The notes below the pieces were generated by a model. The model saw only the letters and a program-made list of their open reading frames with translations. It was not told the DNA's origin and did no database searches. The position numbers and the translations under genes are program-made. From Thermoanaerobaculia bacterium (GTDB lineage Bacteria; Acidobacteriota; Thermoanaerobaculia; Multivoradales; JAGPDF01), in the NCBI GenBank assembly GCA_963719555.1, contig CAVRCL010000005.1:201606-265605 (forward strand): a DNA stretch of 64,000 nt, read 5' to 3'. Within the stretch, counting starts at the first letter, position 1, and the number at the start of each line of letters is the position of its first letter. Below are positions 43,546-61,296 of this stretch, piece after piece.

Positions 43546-43873
43546 AGGCGGGGGGTTCCGAGTTTGGTTGGCTCTTAAGTGGCTGTACCCCTGTTAGTTA
43601 GGGGACTTTGGCTGGCCTTGAAGAGGGGTGGAGATCCAACCGGATCTCGAAACTTCTGGGTGGGATAGTGATGGGGAAGTGGAACCTCCTCGCGCACGGT
43701 GATGATTAGGCTCTAAACTGTAGAGCAAAACGGATGCCAGGGCCGCCGTATTCCTGCCGGCCGCGGTTCTGCCCCAACGGGCAGCGGCGGCCGGGCTGGC
43801 TGCGCCGGGCCCGTTGCCTGGGCCGCCGGCCACGGGAGAACGCGGTATCTTCGCGCCAGGAGATTCATCCTCG

Positions 43874-45633
43874 ATGCGAAGGCTCTTCTTCCTGCTGCTT
43901 CTCGCCACCCTCCTGGGCGTGGTCCTCGCCGGCGCCGGCTATCTCTTCCTGCGCCACGAGGCTCCCGCCTGGGGCGGCGCCAAGATTCTCACCCTCACCC
44001 TGGACGCCCCGCTCCGGGAGCACGATGTCGAGCCGACCTTGCCGTTCGTCGGCGACGAGGAGCGCATCTCGCTCTCGCTGCTCTACCGCGGCTTCCTCGC
44101 TGCGCGCACCGACCCGTCCGTGGTCGCCGTGGCGCTCTACATTCACGACGCCTCTTTCGGGCTCGCTAAGGCGCAGGAGTTGCGGCGGCAGATCGCCGAA
44201 CTGGATCGCCTAGGGAAGCCCGTGCACTGCTACCTCGAAACCGCCGGCGAGGGCGGCAACGGCACGCTCGAGTACTACGTGGCCTCGGCCTGCTCGTCGC
44301 TCGCCCTGGCGCCGGCCGGCGAGATCAACCTCCTCGGCCTCTTCGCCGACAGCCCGTTCCTGCGCGGCGGTCTCGACCAAGCTCAAGATCGATCCGAGCT
44401 TTCTGACGGCCGGAGAATTCAAGAGCGCCGCCGAGATCTTCACCGAGGCGCGGCACTCGCCGGCCGCGAAGAGCGGCGCTCGAGGCCCTGCTGGACGGTT
44501 TCTACAACCAGATCGTGGACGGCATCGCCGCCGGCCGCGAGACCGAGCCGGCGGCCGTGCGCGCCTGGGTGGACGCCGCGCCGCTCTCCGCCGCGCGCGC
44601 GCTCGAGCTGGGCCTGGTCGACGAGCTCGCCTATCCGGACGAGTTTCGCGACGGTCTCGACGAGTCCGCCGACGGCGCGCCGCGCGATGCTCCAGCGCGT
44701 CGCCTTCCTCGACTATGCCCGCGACAGCTCCTCGCGTCTGCCGGGCGGCAGGCGGGTCGCGGTCCTCTTCGCCCAGGGCGCCATCGTCCGCGGCGACAGC
44801 GGTTCGGATCCGTTCGCCAGCGAGCGCCTGCTGGGCTCCGCCGACATGGCCACGGAGCTGCGCGACCTGGCCGAAGACGACGCGGTCGTGGCGGTCGTGC
44901 TGCGCATCGACAGCCCGGGCGGCTCGGCGCTCGCCTCCGACCTGATTCTGCGCGAGGTCGAGCTGCTGGCCGCCGAGAAACCGCTCGTCGTCTCGATGTC
45001 GGACGTCGCCGCTTCCGGCGGCTATTACATCGCGGCGCGCGCCTCCCGCATCGTCGCCGAGCCGGCGACGATCACCGGCTCGATCGGCGTGGTGACCGGC
45101 AAGCTCGCCACCGGCAGGTTCCAGGAAGAGCTCCTCGGCATCACCCACGATCCCCTGCAGCGCGGCGCGAACGCCGATCTCTATTCCGAGCCTGAAGCCG
45201 TTCGACGAACGCCAGACGGCGCTTGCTGCGCCGTCGCGTCGACGAAATCTACGGCCGCTTCCTCGAGCATGTCGCCGCCGGCCGCAAGCTCGACCGCAAA
45301 GCGGTGGAGGCGGTCGCGGGGGGCCGCGTCTGGACGGGCGCCGACGCCCTCGCCGTCGGGCTCGTCGATGAGCTCGGCGGACTGGATCGTGCCATCGCGC
45401 TCGCCCGCGAGGCGGCCGAAATTCCACCGTCCGAGAGCCTTCCCTTGATCTACCTGCCGCGACCGCCGAGCTTCTGGGAGCTCTTCTCCTCGAACCGCCA
45501 GCCCGATTTCGAGGCGCTCCTCTTCGAGCTCGTCGGGGCGCGGTTCGCAGAGCGTCTCGGCGCCCGGCTCCCGCGGCCGCAGCTCGAGCTCGAGCTCGAC
45601 TCTGCGTGGCAGGCGCTCGCCGACGGCCTATGA
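43874..45633 (+). CDS. sppA: signal peptide peptidase SppA (67K type, two S49 domains); several frameshifts
   Basis: MRRLFFLLLLATLLGVVLAGAGYLF N-terminal TM. HCYLETAGEGGNGTLEYYVASACSSLALAPAGEINLLGL; second domain VVLRIDSPGGSALASDLILRE...VVSMSDVAASGGYYIAARASRIVAEPATITGSIGVV; C-terminus GGRVWTGADALAVGLVDELGGLDRAIALAREAA. Confidence 0.8.
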
Positions 45634-45752
45634 GCGGCCGGGCTTGCGCGGTCGAGGTGCGGTATAGTCGCCGCCTCGGCTTCGTCCGCTCTCAAGGCCT
45701 CGAGAAAGATTTCCGCAAACTGTGGAAAACCTGTTGATATCCAGCCCAAGCC

Positions 45753-47110
45753 GTGCATTCCGACACTAGCTACTGGTCGCGCCTGCAGGAGCGCCTGCGT
45801 GCCATCCTCGAACCCGAGGAGTTCGCCACCTGGTTCGTTCCGCTCGTGGTGCAGAGCGAGAACGAAGCCGGCCTCGTTCTCGGCGCTCCCAACGAACGCT
45901 TCGTCCACACCCTCGAGGAGAGCTACCGCGACACGCTCGATCGCGAGGCCGGGCTGCTCTTCGACGAGTTCTTCTCCGTCACGGTGATCGCGCGAGGACG
46001 CGCTCGCCGACGCGGGTTCGTCGGCGGCTCCGGGCGCGCCCGGCGGGCCGGCGGTCGCGCGATCCTCGCGGGCGCCTTCCGCTCCGACCGGCGATCGCCT
46101 GAATCCCAAGTACCTCTTCGACACCTTCGTCGTCGGCAGCTCGAACCAGTTCGCCCACGCCGCCGCGCGCGCCGTCGCCGAGAGTCCCGGCGCACAGCTA
46201 CAACCCGCTCTTCCTCTACGGCGGCGTCGGGCTCGGCAAGACCCACCTGCTGCACGCCATCGGCCACCAGATCCTCGCATCGGCGGCCTGAGCTCAAGGT
46301 GCTCTATTTCACCGCCGAGCAGTTCGTCAACCAGTTGATCAACTCGCTGCGCTTCAAGTCGATGCACTCCTTCCGCGAGCGCTACCGGTCGATCGACGTG
46401 CTGCTGGTCGACGACATCCAGTTCCTCGCCAACAAGGAGCGCACGCAGGAGGAGTTCTTCCACACCTTCAACACGCTCTACACCAGCCAGCGGCAGATCA
46501 TCCTCTCGTCCGACTCGTCGCCGCGCAACATTCCGGCGATCGAGGAGCGTCTGCGCTCGCGTTTCGAGTGGGGCCTGATCGCCGACATCCAGGCGCCGGA
46601 TCTCGAGACCAAGGTGGCCATCCTGCGGCGCAAGGCCGACCAGGATGGCGTCGTCCTGCCCGACGACGTCGCTCTGTTCATCGCCTACCAGGTGAAGTCG
46701 AACGTGCGCGAGCTCGAGGGAATGCTCAATCGCGTCGTCGCTTTCTCCTCGCTCACCGCGAAGCCGCTGTCGCTCGAGCTCGCCAAGGAGACCCTGAAGG
46801 ACATCCTCCCCGAGGAGGGCCGCCGTGCGACGGCCGCCGACATCATCAAGTTCGTCGCCCGCCACTATGGGCTGAAGGTCAGCGAGATCAAATCGAAGTC
46901 GAACTCCAAGCAGATCGCTTTTCCGCGCCAGGTGGCGATGTTCCTCTGCAAGGAGCTCACCGAGCTCTCCTACCCGGAGATCGGCCGCCAGTTCAACGAC
47001 AAGCACCATTCGACCGTCATGTACTCGGTGGACAAGATCCTCAAGCTGCGCGCGACCGACGCCGAGCTCGAGCGCACCCTCGACGGAATGACGCGCCATC
47101 TCGGCCTGAG
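45753..47110 (+). CDS. dnaA: chromosomal replication initiator protein DnaA; frameshifts in the domain II/III region and loss of the stop at the 3' end
   Basis: N-terminus [37 protein letters not shown] (Walker A), [25 protein letters not shown] (Walker B/sensor), domain [46 protein letters not shown]. The upstream TGTGGAAAA box at 45723 reads as TTTTCCACA in reverse complement. Confidence 0.85.
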
Positions 47111-47112
47111 GT

Positions 47113-47345
47113 CCGCCCGCAGAAAACGCTGTGGAAATCCAGCGGAGACTTTGTTCAAAAGCGTCCGGGTCCTTCTTTTTCCGCCGCGATTCGTCTCGCT
47201 CTCCACAGGCGGTCTTCCACAGGCCAGAGCTGCAGGATCCTTTGCCCGCAGGCTTCCGAGAGGCTTTCCGCAGATCCGCCGGCATCTATGTACGACTACG
47301 GCTATGTTATGTTTTCATCTCTTCTAGTGCCCGGAGAATCGAGCC
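47113..47345. promoter_or_regulatory. candidate oriC / dnaN promoter region: three DnaA-box-like 9-mers plus an AT-richer unwinding stretch
   Basis: TGTGGAAAT (47130-47138), TCTCCACAG (47200-47208) and TCTTCCACA (47213-47221), each two or fewer mismatches from TTATCCACA/TGTGGATAA. AT-richer ATCTATGTACGACTACGGCTATGTTATGTTTTCATCTCTTCTAG at 47284-47327. Confidence 0.45.
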
Positions 47346-48464
47346 ATGGAACTACGCCTTCGGCGTGACCTCTTCCTCGCAGAACTGAGTCCGATGCAGG
47401 GGATCGTCGAACGTCGTACGACGATCCCGGTGCTGTCGCACATTCTCCTCAAGACCTCTGCGAAGAGCCTGCAGCTCGCCGCCACCGATCTCGACGTATC
47501 GCTGACCAGCGCGGTCGCGGCGGAAGTCGAAGGCCAAGGGGCGCTCGCTGTGCAGGCGAAGAAGTTCACCGAGATCGTGCGCTCGGTGGTGGCGGACGAG
47601 GTGCGGCTCAAAGTCGAAGACGACCGCACCCTGCTCATCCAGGCGGGCAAGGCGCGCTTCCGCATGCACGGTCTGCCGGCGGCCGACTTTCCCTCGCTAC
47701 CGACGGTCGAAGGCAAGGCGAAGATCGAGTTGCCGCTCGGAACACTGCCGCCGCCTGGTGAGCAAGATCCTCTTCGCGGTGTCGGGCGAGGACTCGCGCT
47801 TTCAGCTCTCCGGCGCGCTGCTGAAGATCAAGGGGAAGACGGTCGAACTGGTGGCGACCGACGGCCATCGGCTGGCGCTCATCGAGTCGCCGCACGACTT
47901 CAAGGGCGCGGTGGAGGATTCGGTGCTGGTGCCGCGCAAGGCCCTGCAGGAGCTGATGCGCATCGAGGGCGACGGCAGCGTCGTCTTCCGGCGCGGCGAG
48001 CACCACCTCTCGTTCTCGGTCGGCGGGCGCGAGATGACCTGCCGCGTGCTCGAAGGGCAGCTTCCCGGACTACGACCGGGTGATCTCGCGCGGCAACGAC
48101 AAGAAGGCGGTTCTCGACCGCAAACCCCTCGCCGAGGCGGTGCGCCGGGTGGCGATCATGACCGGCGAGAGGAACCGCGGCGTCCGCCTGGAGTTCGCCG
48201 GCGGCGAGCTCGCGATCGCCGCCGCCAACCCCGATCTCGGCGACGCCAGCGAGAGCGCTCGGCTGCGAAGTGACCGGCGGCGACATCAAGATCGGCCTCA
48301 ACCCCGACTACCTGGGGCATTTCCTCGACGCGGTCGAGACCGACAAGGTGCTGCTCGAGCTCAAGGACGAGAACAGCCAGTGCGTCGGTTCGCCGCAGCC
48401 CGAAGAGGGCAAAGGGGTGGCGGGCGAGCGCTACCTCTGCGTCATCATGCCGATGCGCATCTGA
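47346..48464 (+). CDS. dnaN: DNA polymerase III beta sliding clamp; 3 frameshifts
   Basis: MELRLRRDLFLAELSPMQGIVERRTTIPVLSHILLKT; frame 47758.. RFQLSGALLKIKGKTVELVATDGHRLA; frame 48080.. GVRLEFAGGELAIAAANPDLGDASE; frame 48270..48464 DIKIGLNPDYLGHFLDAVETDKVLLELKDENSQCV...ERYLCVIMPMRI. Confidence 0.85.
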
Positions 48465-48537
48465 AGCCGGCGCCGGCAGCCGCAGCGCCTCCGGCACCGC
48501 TCCGACTTCGCCAACTCGCCTGCCGACACCGCCAACC

Positions 48538-49645
48538 TTGCCAGCACCCGGCGCCCTCTGCCGCCTCCGCCTGGCGCGCTTCCGGGCGCTCGCGCCGACC
48601 GACTGGCGACCGGCTGCCGGGCTGGAACCTGGTTCACGGCCCCAACGGCTCCGGCAAGAGCAGTCTTCTCGAAGCGATCTACCTCGCCGCGACCGGCAAG
48701 AGCTTCCGCACGCCCACCCTGGCCGAATGCTGCGCGCGCGGCGAGGAGAGCTTTCTCGTCCAGGCGGAGGTGGCGCGCGACGGCGTGTGGGACCTGGGGC
48801 TCGCCTACTCCCGGGAGGGTCGCCGGCTGACCCTGCAGGAGAAGCCGTCCACGGTCGCCGAGCACCTGGCGCTGCTGCCGGTCGTCGCCTGGAGCGAAGC
48901 CGAGCGCGACCTGGTCGCGGGCCCGCCGGCGGGGCGCCGGCGCTTCCTCGACCGCGCGGCGCTGCTGCCTCGAGCCGCCGCGCCTTGCCGAGCACGCGGA
49001 GCTCCACCGCGTTCTGGCGCAGAAGCGTCATCTGCTCGCGGCCCGCGGCCGGGCGCGCCGGACCTCGAGGCCTGGAACGAGCTCCTGGCGCCGCTCGTCG
49101 CCCGCCGCGCGGCGGAGCGCGCCGAGCTCGCGGCGCAGCTGGGAGCGGCGGCGCGCGAGCTCGCTCGCCCGCCAGGGGTCGTCTCTGCCGCCGCTGCGAC
49201 CTCACCTATCAACCGTCACCGTCGACGGCTCTCGCGGGCGCCGCGGCCGTCGCCCAGGCCCTCGCTCACGGCCGCGAGCGAGACGAGCGGGCGCGCGGCC
49301 AACCACTGCTCGGCCCGCAGCGCGATCGGGTCGAGATCCTGCTCGAGACGAGCGCGGCGCGCCGCTCGCCGTCGGCGGGCGAGCGCAAGGTGCTCGTGCT
49401 GTCGCTCCTCGCCGGCCTCGCCGGACTCCTCAGCGCCGCCGGCCGGGCACCGCTGGTGCTGCTCGACGACCTCGACGCCGAGCTCGACCGGGAGCGCCTC
49501 GCTCGGCCGCCGGCGCTCTCTCCGCCGCGCCGCAAATCCTCGCGACCGAGCAGCCGGCCGGAGGCCTTCGAAGGCCTTCGCCGCAAGGGGCTCGGCTGGG
49601 GGCTCGCGAAGGGCGTCTATCTCAGCCTCGGCGAAGGCCAACTAA
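48538..49645 (+). CDS. recF: DNA replication and repair protein RecF; frameshifted
   Basis: LPGWNLVHGPNGSGKSSLLEAIYLAATGKSFRT (Walker A, frame 48080..), SAGERKVLVLSLLAGLAGLL...PLVLLDDLDAELD (signature and Walker B, frame 48538..). Confidence 0.75.
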
Positions 49646-49675
49646 CTTATTTATTTTCAGCACTTTGGCGCTTGT

Positions 49676-52203
<2,528 letters not shown>

Positions 52204-52464
52204 ATGCCGGAGATCAGACGGTTTCTGGGCATTGTGATTTCGATGTACTGGGACGACCACCAGCCGCCGCACTTTCATGCGAAGTACGGAAGTTCTCGTA
52301 TTACGGTGGCGATTCAGGACGGGGTGATTGAAGGGGAGTTTCCGAAGCGGGCGCGGGGGCACGTGTTGGAGTGGCTGGAACTTCACCGGGACGAGCTCAT
52401 GGAGGATTGGAACTTGATTCGTGAGCGACAGGCGCCCAAGCCGATCGCGGGGCTCGAGCAGTGA
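52204..52464 (+). CDS. DUF4160-family protein
   Basis: Intact 86 aa. [29 protein letters not shown] is the hallmark of DUF4160. The ATG directly abuts the gyrB TAG stop. Local GC ~53-55%, against ~70% flanking. Confidence 0.8.
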   Translation: MPEIRRFLGIVISMYWDDHQPPHFHAKYGSSRITVAIQDGVIEGEFPKRARGHVLEWLELHRDELMEDWNLIRERQAPKPIAGLEQ

Positions 52465-52724
52465 TCGTCTGGGTGACAAAGGCGAAGCCCCTGGGGGGCT
52501 ATCGCGTCTGGCTCGAGTTCAATGACGGGCTGCGAGGCGAGATGGATCTCGAGGATCGACTCTTCGGGCCGGTGTTCGAGCCCCTCAAAGACCCCTCGTA
52601 CTTCGGGCGCCTGGAGGTCAATGAGGAACTGGACACGATCGTCTGGCCCAACGGCGCCGACTTCGCGCCCGAGTTCCTCCACCAGCGCCTGCAGCGCAGT
52701 GCCGCCGAGGTCGCGGAACCGTAG
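52461..52724 (+). CDS. DUF2442-family protein
   Basis: Intact 87 aa. [16 protein letters not shown]...[25 protein letters not shown] is typical of DUF2442. 4-nt overlap with the DUF4160 gene. Confidence 0.8.
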   Translation: MIVWVTKAKPLGGYRVWLEFNDGLRGEMDLEDRLFGPVFEPLKDPSYFGRLEVNEELDTIVWPNGADFAPEFLHQRLQRSAAEVAEP

Positions 52725-52817
52725 CGCTCGACGAACGGGGCGAGAAGGCTCCGAACGGAACGAACATTCACCGCGGCGTCCGTTGACGTGCGCGGGTAGG
52801 AAATCGAGGAGGACGGA

Positions 52818-55331
<2,514 letters not shown>

Positions 55332-56210
55332 CCCGCGGCTCAGCCGCCTCGGCCGGCGATGAGCGCAGGAGCGCGCCGTAGCCCTCGCGATAGGTGGGAT
55401 AGCGGAAGCGGTAGCCGGTGGCGTGCAGCAGGGCGTTCGAGCAGCGCTTGCTGGCGCGCTCGGGGCCGCCCTCGGCTGGGGCTTCCTCCAGCCGCGGCAA
55501 CGGCGCGCCGAGCTCGACGGCGAGGAAGGTCAGGACTTCGGCGAGGTCGACCGGCGCGTCGTCGACGCCGAGGTAGAGCGGCGCCGGCGCCGGCAGGCGC
55601 AGCAGGTGCGCCAGGGCGCCCGCAGCGTCGTCGCGGTGGATGCGGTTGGCGTAGCGCGGCGGGCCGGGCGGGTAGGTCGCGCGGCCGGAGCGCACCAGGT
55701 CGATCAGGCGCGTGCGCCCGGGGCCGTAGATGCCGGAGAGGCGGAGGACGATCGTTGCCGTCTCCGGGGAGGTTGCCGCGCGCACCAGCGCCTCGCCTTC
55801 GAGCAGCAACCGAGCGCGGAAGTGCGTCGCCTCTGCGGGCGAGCCCTCGTCGATCCACTCGCCGCCGTCCTGCGCGTAGACCGCGGTGCTCGAGACGAAG
55901 AAGAAGCGCCGGGGAGGGATGAGCGTCGGATCGCGGGCGCGGCGAGGAGATGGCGCACGCCGTCGACGTAGGCGCGACGGTAGGCCGCCGTCGGTCGAGT
56001 AGATCCGCCGCGGCAGCGTAGACCACTGCGTCCGACCTGCGGCAGGTCGCGCAGCGTTGCCGGGTTCGCCGAGATCGGCGGCCAGCGGCGCGGATCGGCG
56101 CGGGCAGGCGCCTCGGCCTGCCGGCGCAGGCCGTAGACCTCGTCGCCCGCCGTCGGCGAGCGCGAGCCCGAGCGCGGTGCCGAGGTCGCCGCAGCCGGCG
56201 ATGAGCACTC

Positions 56211-57737
56211 TCAACGCGTGGCCTGTTCGAGCGCCGCCATCCGGGCGATGCGCTCCTCGGCGAAGCGCGCCGCCTGCTCGCAGCAGCCGTTCATGCTGAC
56301 GCCGAAGTACGACTGGCCGGCGACGTGCAGCCCGGGCAGGTCGCGAGGCGCGCCGCGATCGTCGCCAGGCGCGCGCGCGTGGCCGACGGTGTACTGGCTG
56401 ATGCCGACCCGGTGGCGGAAGAGCCAGTGGCGCTCGGGCGCCGCTCGCCGCTCGAGCCCCATGGTCGTCGCGAGGTCGGTGCGCGCGATCGCCAGCAGCT
56501 CGTCCTCGGGCAGAGTCGACGGCCTCGGGGTCGAGGGCGCCGCCGATCATCACCCGCAGCAGGACCTTGCCCGCCGGGCGCGCGCTCGCCCGGGAAAGAC
56601 GCTCGAGTCCCACAGCGCGCCGAGGATCCGCGGCCCGGCTCTTGAGGGATCGCGCGGCACCAGGAACCCGAAGCCGTTGGGCGCCCCGGCGCCGAGCCGA
56701 GCGCCCGGGCGTGAAACGCCTGCTCGTCGTAGGCGAGCGCGAGCGACGGCGAGGGACGGCCGAAGGGATGGCGCCGAGCGGCCGCTCCGCAGCTCGTCGT
56801 CGAGCGGCGCGAGGAGCGGCGCGGCCTGCGCCGCCGGCACGGCGAGCACGACCTCGTCGGCCTCGAGCAGCTCGCCGCCGGCGAAGTCGAGCCGCCAGAG
56901 GCGTGTCGAGCCGTCGCGCCCGTCGATCGGCTGCGAGCCGCTCGAGCGCGCGCCCGCTCTCGACCGCCGGCCCGAGCGCCGCGCCGAGCGCGTCGGTGAA
57001 GGTCTGGATGCCGCCGCGGAACGAGGTCAGGCGGCCGGCCGGGCCGACCGGCCCGCCCGGGCGTTCCATCTCTGGGGCGTCCTCGCCGCGCGCGCGAAGC
57101 TTCGCGAGCTCGCGCTTCGCGCCGCGCCGCGGGCGCGCTGCTTGGCGAGCATCGCCTTCACCAGCCCGCCGTGCTCGGCCTCCATCTCGGCCATCTTCGG
57201 GAAACAGCTGGCGAGCGAGAGCTGGCGCGCGTCGCCGGCGAAGACGCCGGAGACCATCGCGCCGACCAGGACATGCGCCGCCTCGGCGCCGATCCGCCGG
57301 CGCGCGAACTCGTAGACCGTCTCGTCGCCGCCGGGGTGCTTCGCCGCGAACGGCTCGCCGAGGACCCGCAGGCGCCCGGCGAGACTCAGCACCGGACAGG
57401 TCAGAAAGCTGCCGGGCCCGCCAGGAAGGAGATGCAGGCGGCCGTTGCGGAAGAGGAAGCGGCGCGCCGCCGCGGCGTCCGACGGGCAGAGCTCGCCCGC
57501 GAGCCCGAGCCGCCGCACCAGATCGAGCGTCTCCGGGACGTTGTCGAGGAAGCCGTTCGGTCCCCACTCGACGCGGTAGCCGCCGTCGCGCTCGGTGCGC
57601 AGGTTCCCGCCGAGCCGCGGCGCGGCCTCCACCAGGCGGACCTCCAGTCCGCCGGGGACGCGCGCGGCGCGCTCGCGGAGCTCATACGCCGTGGCGAGCC
57701 CGGCGATCCCTCCGCCGACGACGACGATCCGCTTCAT
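56211..57737 (-). CDS. hemY: protoporphyrinogen oxidase (HemY type); frameshifted
   Basis: MKRIVVVGGGIAGLATAYEL (FAD Rossmann), RFLFRNGRLHLLP, and C-terminus LPGLHVAGQSYFGVSMNGCCEQAARFAEERI. Confidence 0.75.
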
Positions 57738-57779
57738 CCCGGGCTCTCCTGGCTCTCCATGCTTGTGGGCGGCGTCCGC

Positions 57780-59182
57780 TCAAACCGTGCGCGAGAAGAC
57801 CGGGCGGTTGGCTTCGCGCTTGGCTTCGAGGTAGCGGTCGAACGCCATGCAGACGTTGCGCACGAAGAGGCGGCCCGCCGGCGTCACGGTGACCGCGTCG
57901 GCGTCGACCGCGACGAAACCCTCGGCCTTGACCTCGTCGAGACGACTCGAGCGCGGTCGCGAAGTAGCCGTCGAAGTCGATGCCGAAGCGCTGCCGCCAC
58001 CTCGGCCTTCGACCACCCGGAAGTTGCACATCAGCTGGCGGATGACGTACTGCCGGATGCGGTCGTCGGCGTCGAGCCGGTAGCCGCGCTCGATCGGCAG
58101 GCGCCCCGCGTCGAGCGCCTCGTAGTAGCGCGACAGCTTCTTCTCGTTGGCGAAGAAGCCGCCCTCGACCTCGCCGATGCCGGAGACGCCGAAGGCGATC
58201 ATGGCGTTCGACGGCTTCACCGTGTAGCCCATGAAGTTGCGGTCGAGCCGGCCGGCGCGCGCCGCGCGGGCCAGCTCGTCGCCGGGGAGCGCGAAGTGGT
58301 CCATGCCGATCGGCTCGTAGCCGGCGTCGAGGAGCTTCTCGAGCGCCGCGAAGTAGAGCGCCATCTTCGCCTCGCGATGCGGGCAGGTCGGCCTCGTCGA
58401 TCTTCTTCTGGTTGGGGCGGATCCACGGCACGAAGGCGAAGGAGTAGATCGCCAGGCGGTCGGGGCGCAGCTCGGTCACCAGGTCGAGGCTCGCGCGGAA
58501 GGTCGCCTCGGTCTGCAGCGGCAGGCCGTAGACCAGATCGAGGTTGATGCCGTCGGCGAAGCCGACGCGCCGGGCGCTCTCCATCAGCGTCTGCGTCTGC
58601 TCGAAGGTCTGGCCGCGGCCGATCGCCTCCTGCACCTCGGGGGTGAAGTCCTGCACGCCGAAGCTCAGGCGGTTGAAGCCGAGGCCGGCGAGCGCCTCGA
58701 GGTGCGCCGTCGTGGTGACCCGCGGATCGACCTCGATCGCGCGCTCGGAGTCGGGCAGGAGCTCGAAGTGGCGGGTGACCAGGGCGAAGAGCTGCTCGAG
58801 CTGCGCCGGCTCGAGGTAGGTCGGCGTTCCGCCACCCCAATGCATCTGGATCAATCCGCGGCGCTCGGGCAGGCAGGCCCGCGACGAGCTCGAGCTCGCG
58901 GCCGAGGTAGTCGAGATACTGCGCCGCGACCTCGCGCTTCGGCGTCGCGATGACGTGGCAGCCGCAGTAGCTGCAGTGCTTGGCGCAGAACGGGATGTGG
59001 ACGTAGAGGCTGAGCGGCTCGCCGGCGTGCTCGCGGTTGGCCTTCGCCAGGTGCTCGCGATAGACGCTCTCGCCGACGCCGTCGTGGAACTCGACGGCGG
59101 TCGGGTACGAGGTGTAGCGCGGGCCGGGGCGGTCGAAACGCTGCACCACTTCGGGGTCTGGAATCGCGATGCGTATCGTCAT
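57780..59182 (-). CDS. hemN: oxygen-independent coproporphyrinogen-III oxidase (radical SAM); frameshifted
   Basis: MTIRIAIPDPEVVQRFDRPGPRYTSYPTAVEF...LSLYVHIPFCAKHCSYCGC (CxxxCxxC), IQMHWGGGTPTYL, and C-terminal HemN_C region ending 57780. Confidence 0.8.
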
Positions 59183-60278
59183 GGTCTCCCCCCGGAGCCA
59201 CTCAAGCTCGCACCGGTCGCGGTGCGCTCGTGCACATGGTCGACCAGCCGCGCGACCTGGTCGGGATCGGTCGCCGGCTCGATGCCGTGGCCGAGGTTGA
59301 AGATGTGCCCCGGCGCCGTGCCGGCCTCCGCGAGCACCCGGTCGGCGAGGTGGAGGAGCTCGGCTGGCGGCGCCATGAGCGCCGCCGGGTCGAGGTTTCC
59401 CTGGACGGCGATCTCGGGGCCGAGGATAGCGCGGGCGCGGGAGAGCGGCAGCCGCCAGTCGATGCCGGCGACGTCGAGCGGCAGGCCGGGGAGCTGGTCG
59501 AGGAGGGTCGCCCCCTGGTTGGGGAAGTAGATCAGCGGCAAGCCCGAGCGGCGCGAGCCCGGCGAGCACCCGGCGGACCGCCGGCAGAGCGTGGCGGGCG
59601 TAGGTGTCGGGCGCCGAGGAGCCCGGCCCACGAGTCGAAGATCATCAGCGCCTGGGCGCCGGCCGCGGCCTGGGCGGTGAGATAGGCGATGGTCTGCGTG
59701 GCGAGCTTGTCGAGCAGACGGTCGGCCGCCGCCGGCTCCGAGAAGAGGAAGCTCTTGGCGACGAAGAAGCCCTTCGAGCCATGGCCCTCGACGAGATAGC
59801 AGAAGAGGGTGAACGGCGCGCCGGCAAAGCCGATGAGCGGCGTCTCCGGCGGCAGCGCCGCGCGCAGGCCGGCGACGGCGGCGAAGACCTGGGCGGCGTT
59901 CTCCTGCGGCGGCGGGAGCACCAGGGCGTCGATCGCCGCCGGCGTGCGCAGCGGCTTGCGGAAGACCGGCGCGGGATGGAACTCGAGTCCGAGGCCGAGC
60001 CCGTCGAGCGGCGTCAGGATGTCGCTGAACAGGATCGCGGCGTCGAGGGCGAAGCGGCGCACCGGCTGCAGCGTCACCTCGACCGCGAGCTCCGGCGTCC
60101 GCACCATGGTGAGGAAGTCGTGCTTGGCGCGCAGCGCGCGGTACTCCGGCAGGTAGCGCCCGGCCTGGCGCATGATCCAGATCGGCGTGTGCGCCGCCGC
60201 CTGGCGCTTGCAGGCGGCGAGGAACGGCGGCAGCGGCGCCGGCAGATGGTCGGGCGCGAGCCTCGGCGGTCCGCTCAC
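59179..60278 (-). CDS. hemE: uroporphyrinogen decarboxylase; one frameshift
   Basis: TPIWIMRQAGRYLPEYRALRAKHDFLTMVRTPELAVEVTLQPVRRF..DAAILFSDIL; C-terminus IFNLGHGI. The stop overlaps the hemN start (ATGA). Confidence 0.8.
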
Positions 60279-60306
60279 GTGCGCTCCTCGGCGAGCCAGC
60301 TCGCAG

Positions 60307-61281
<975 letters not shown>

Positions 61282-61296
<15 letters not shown>

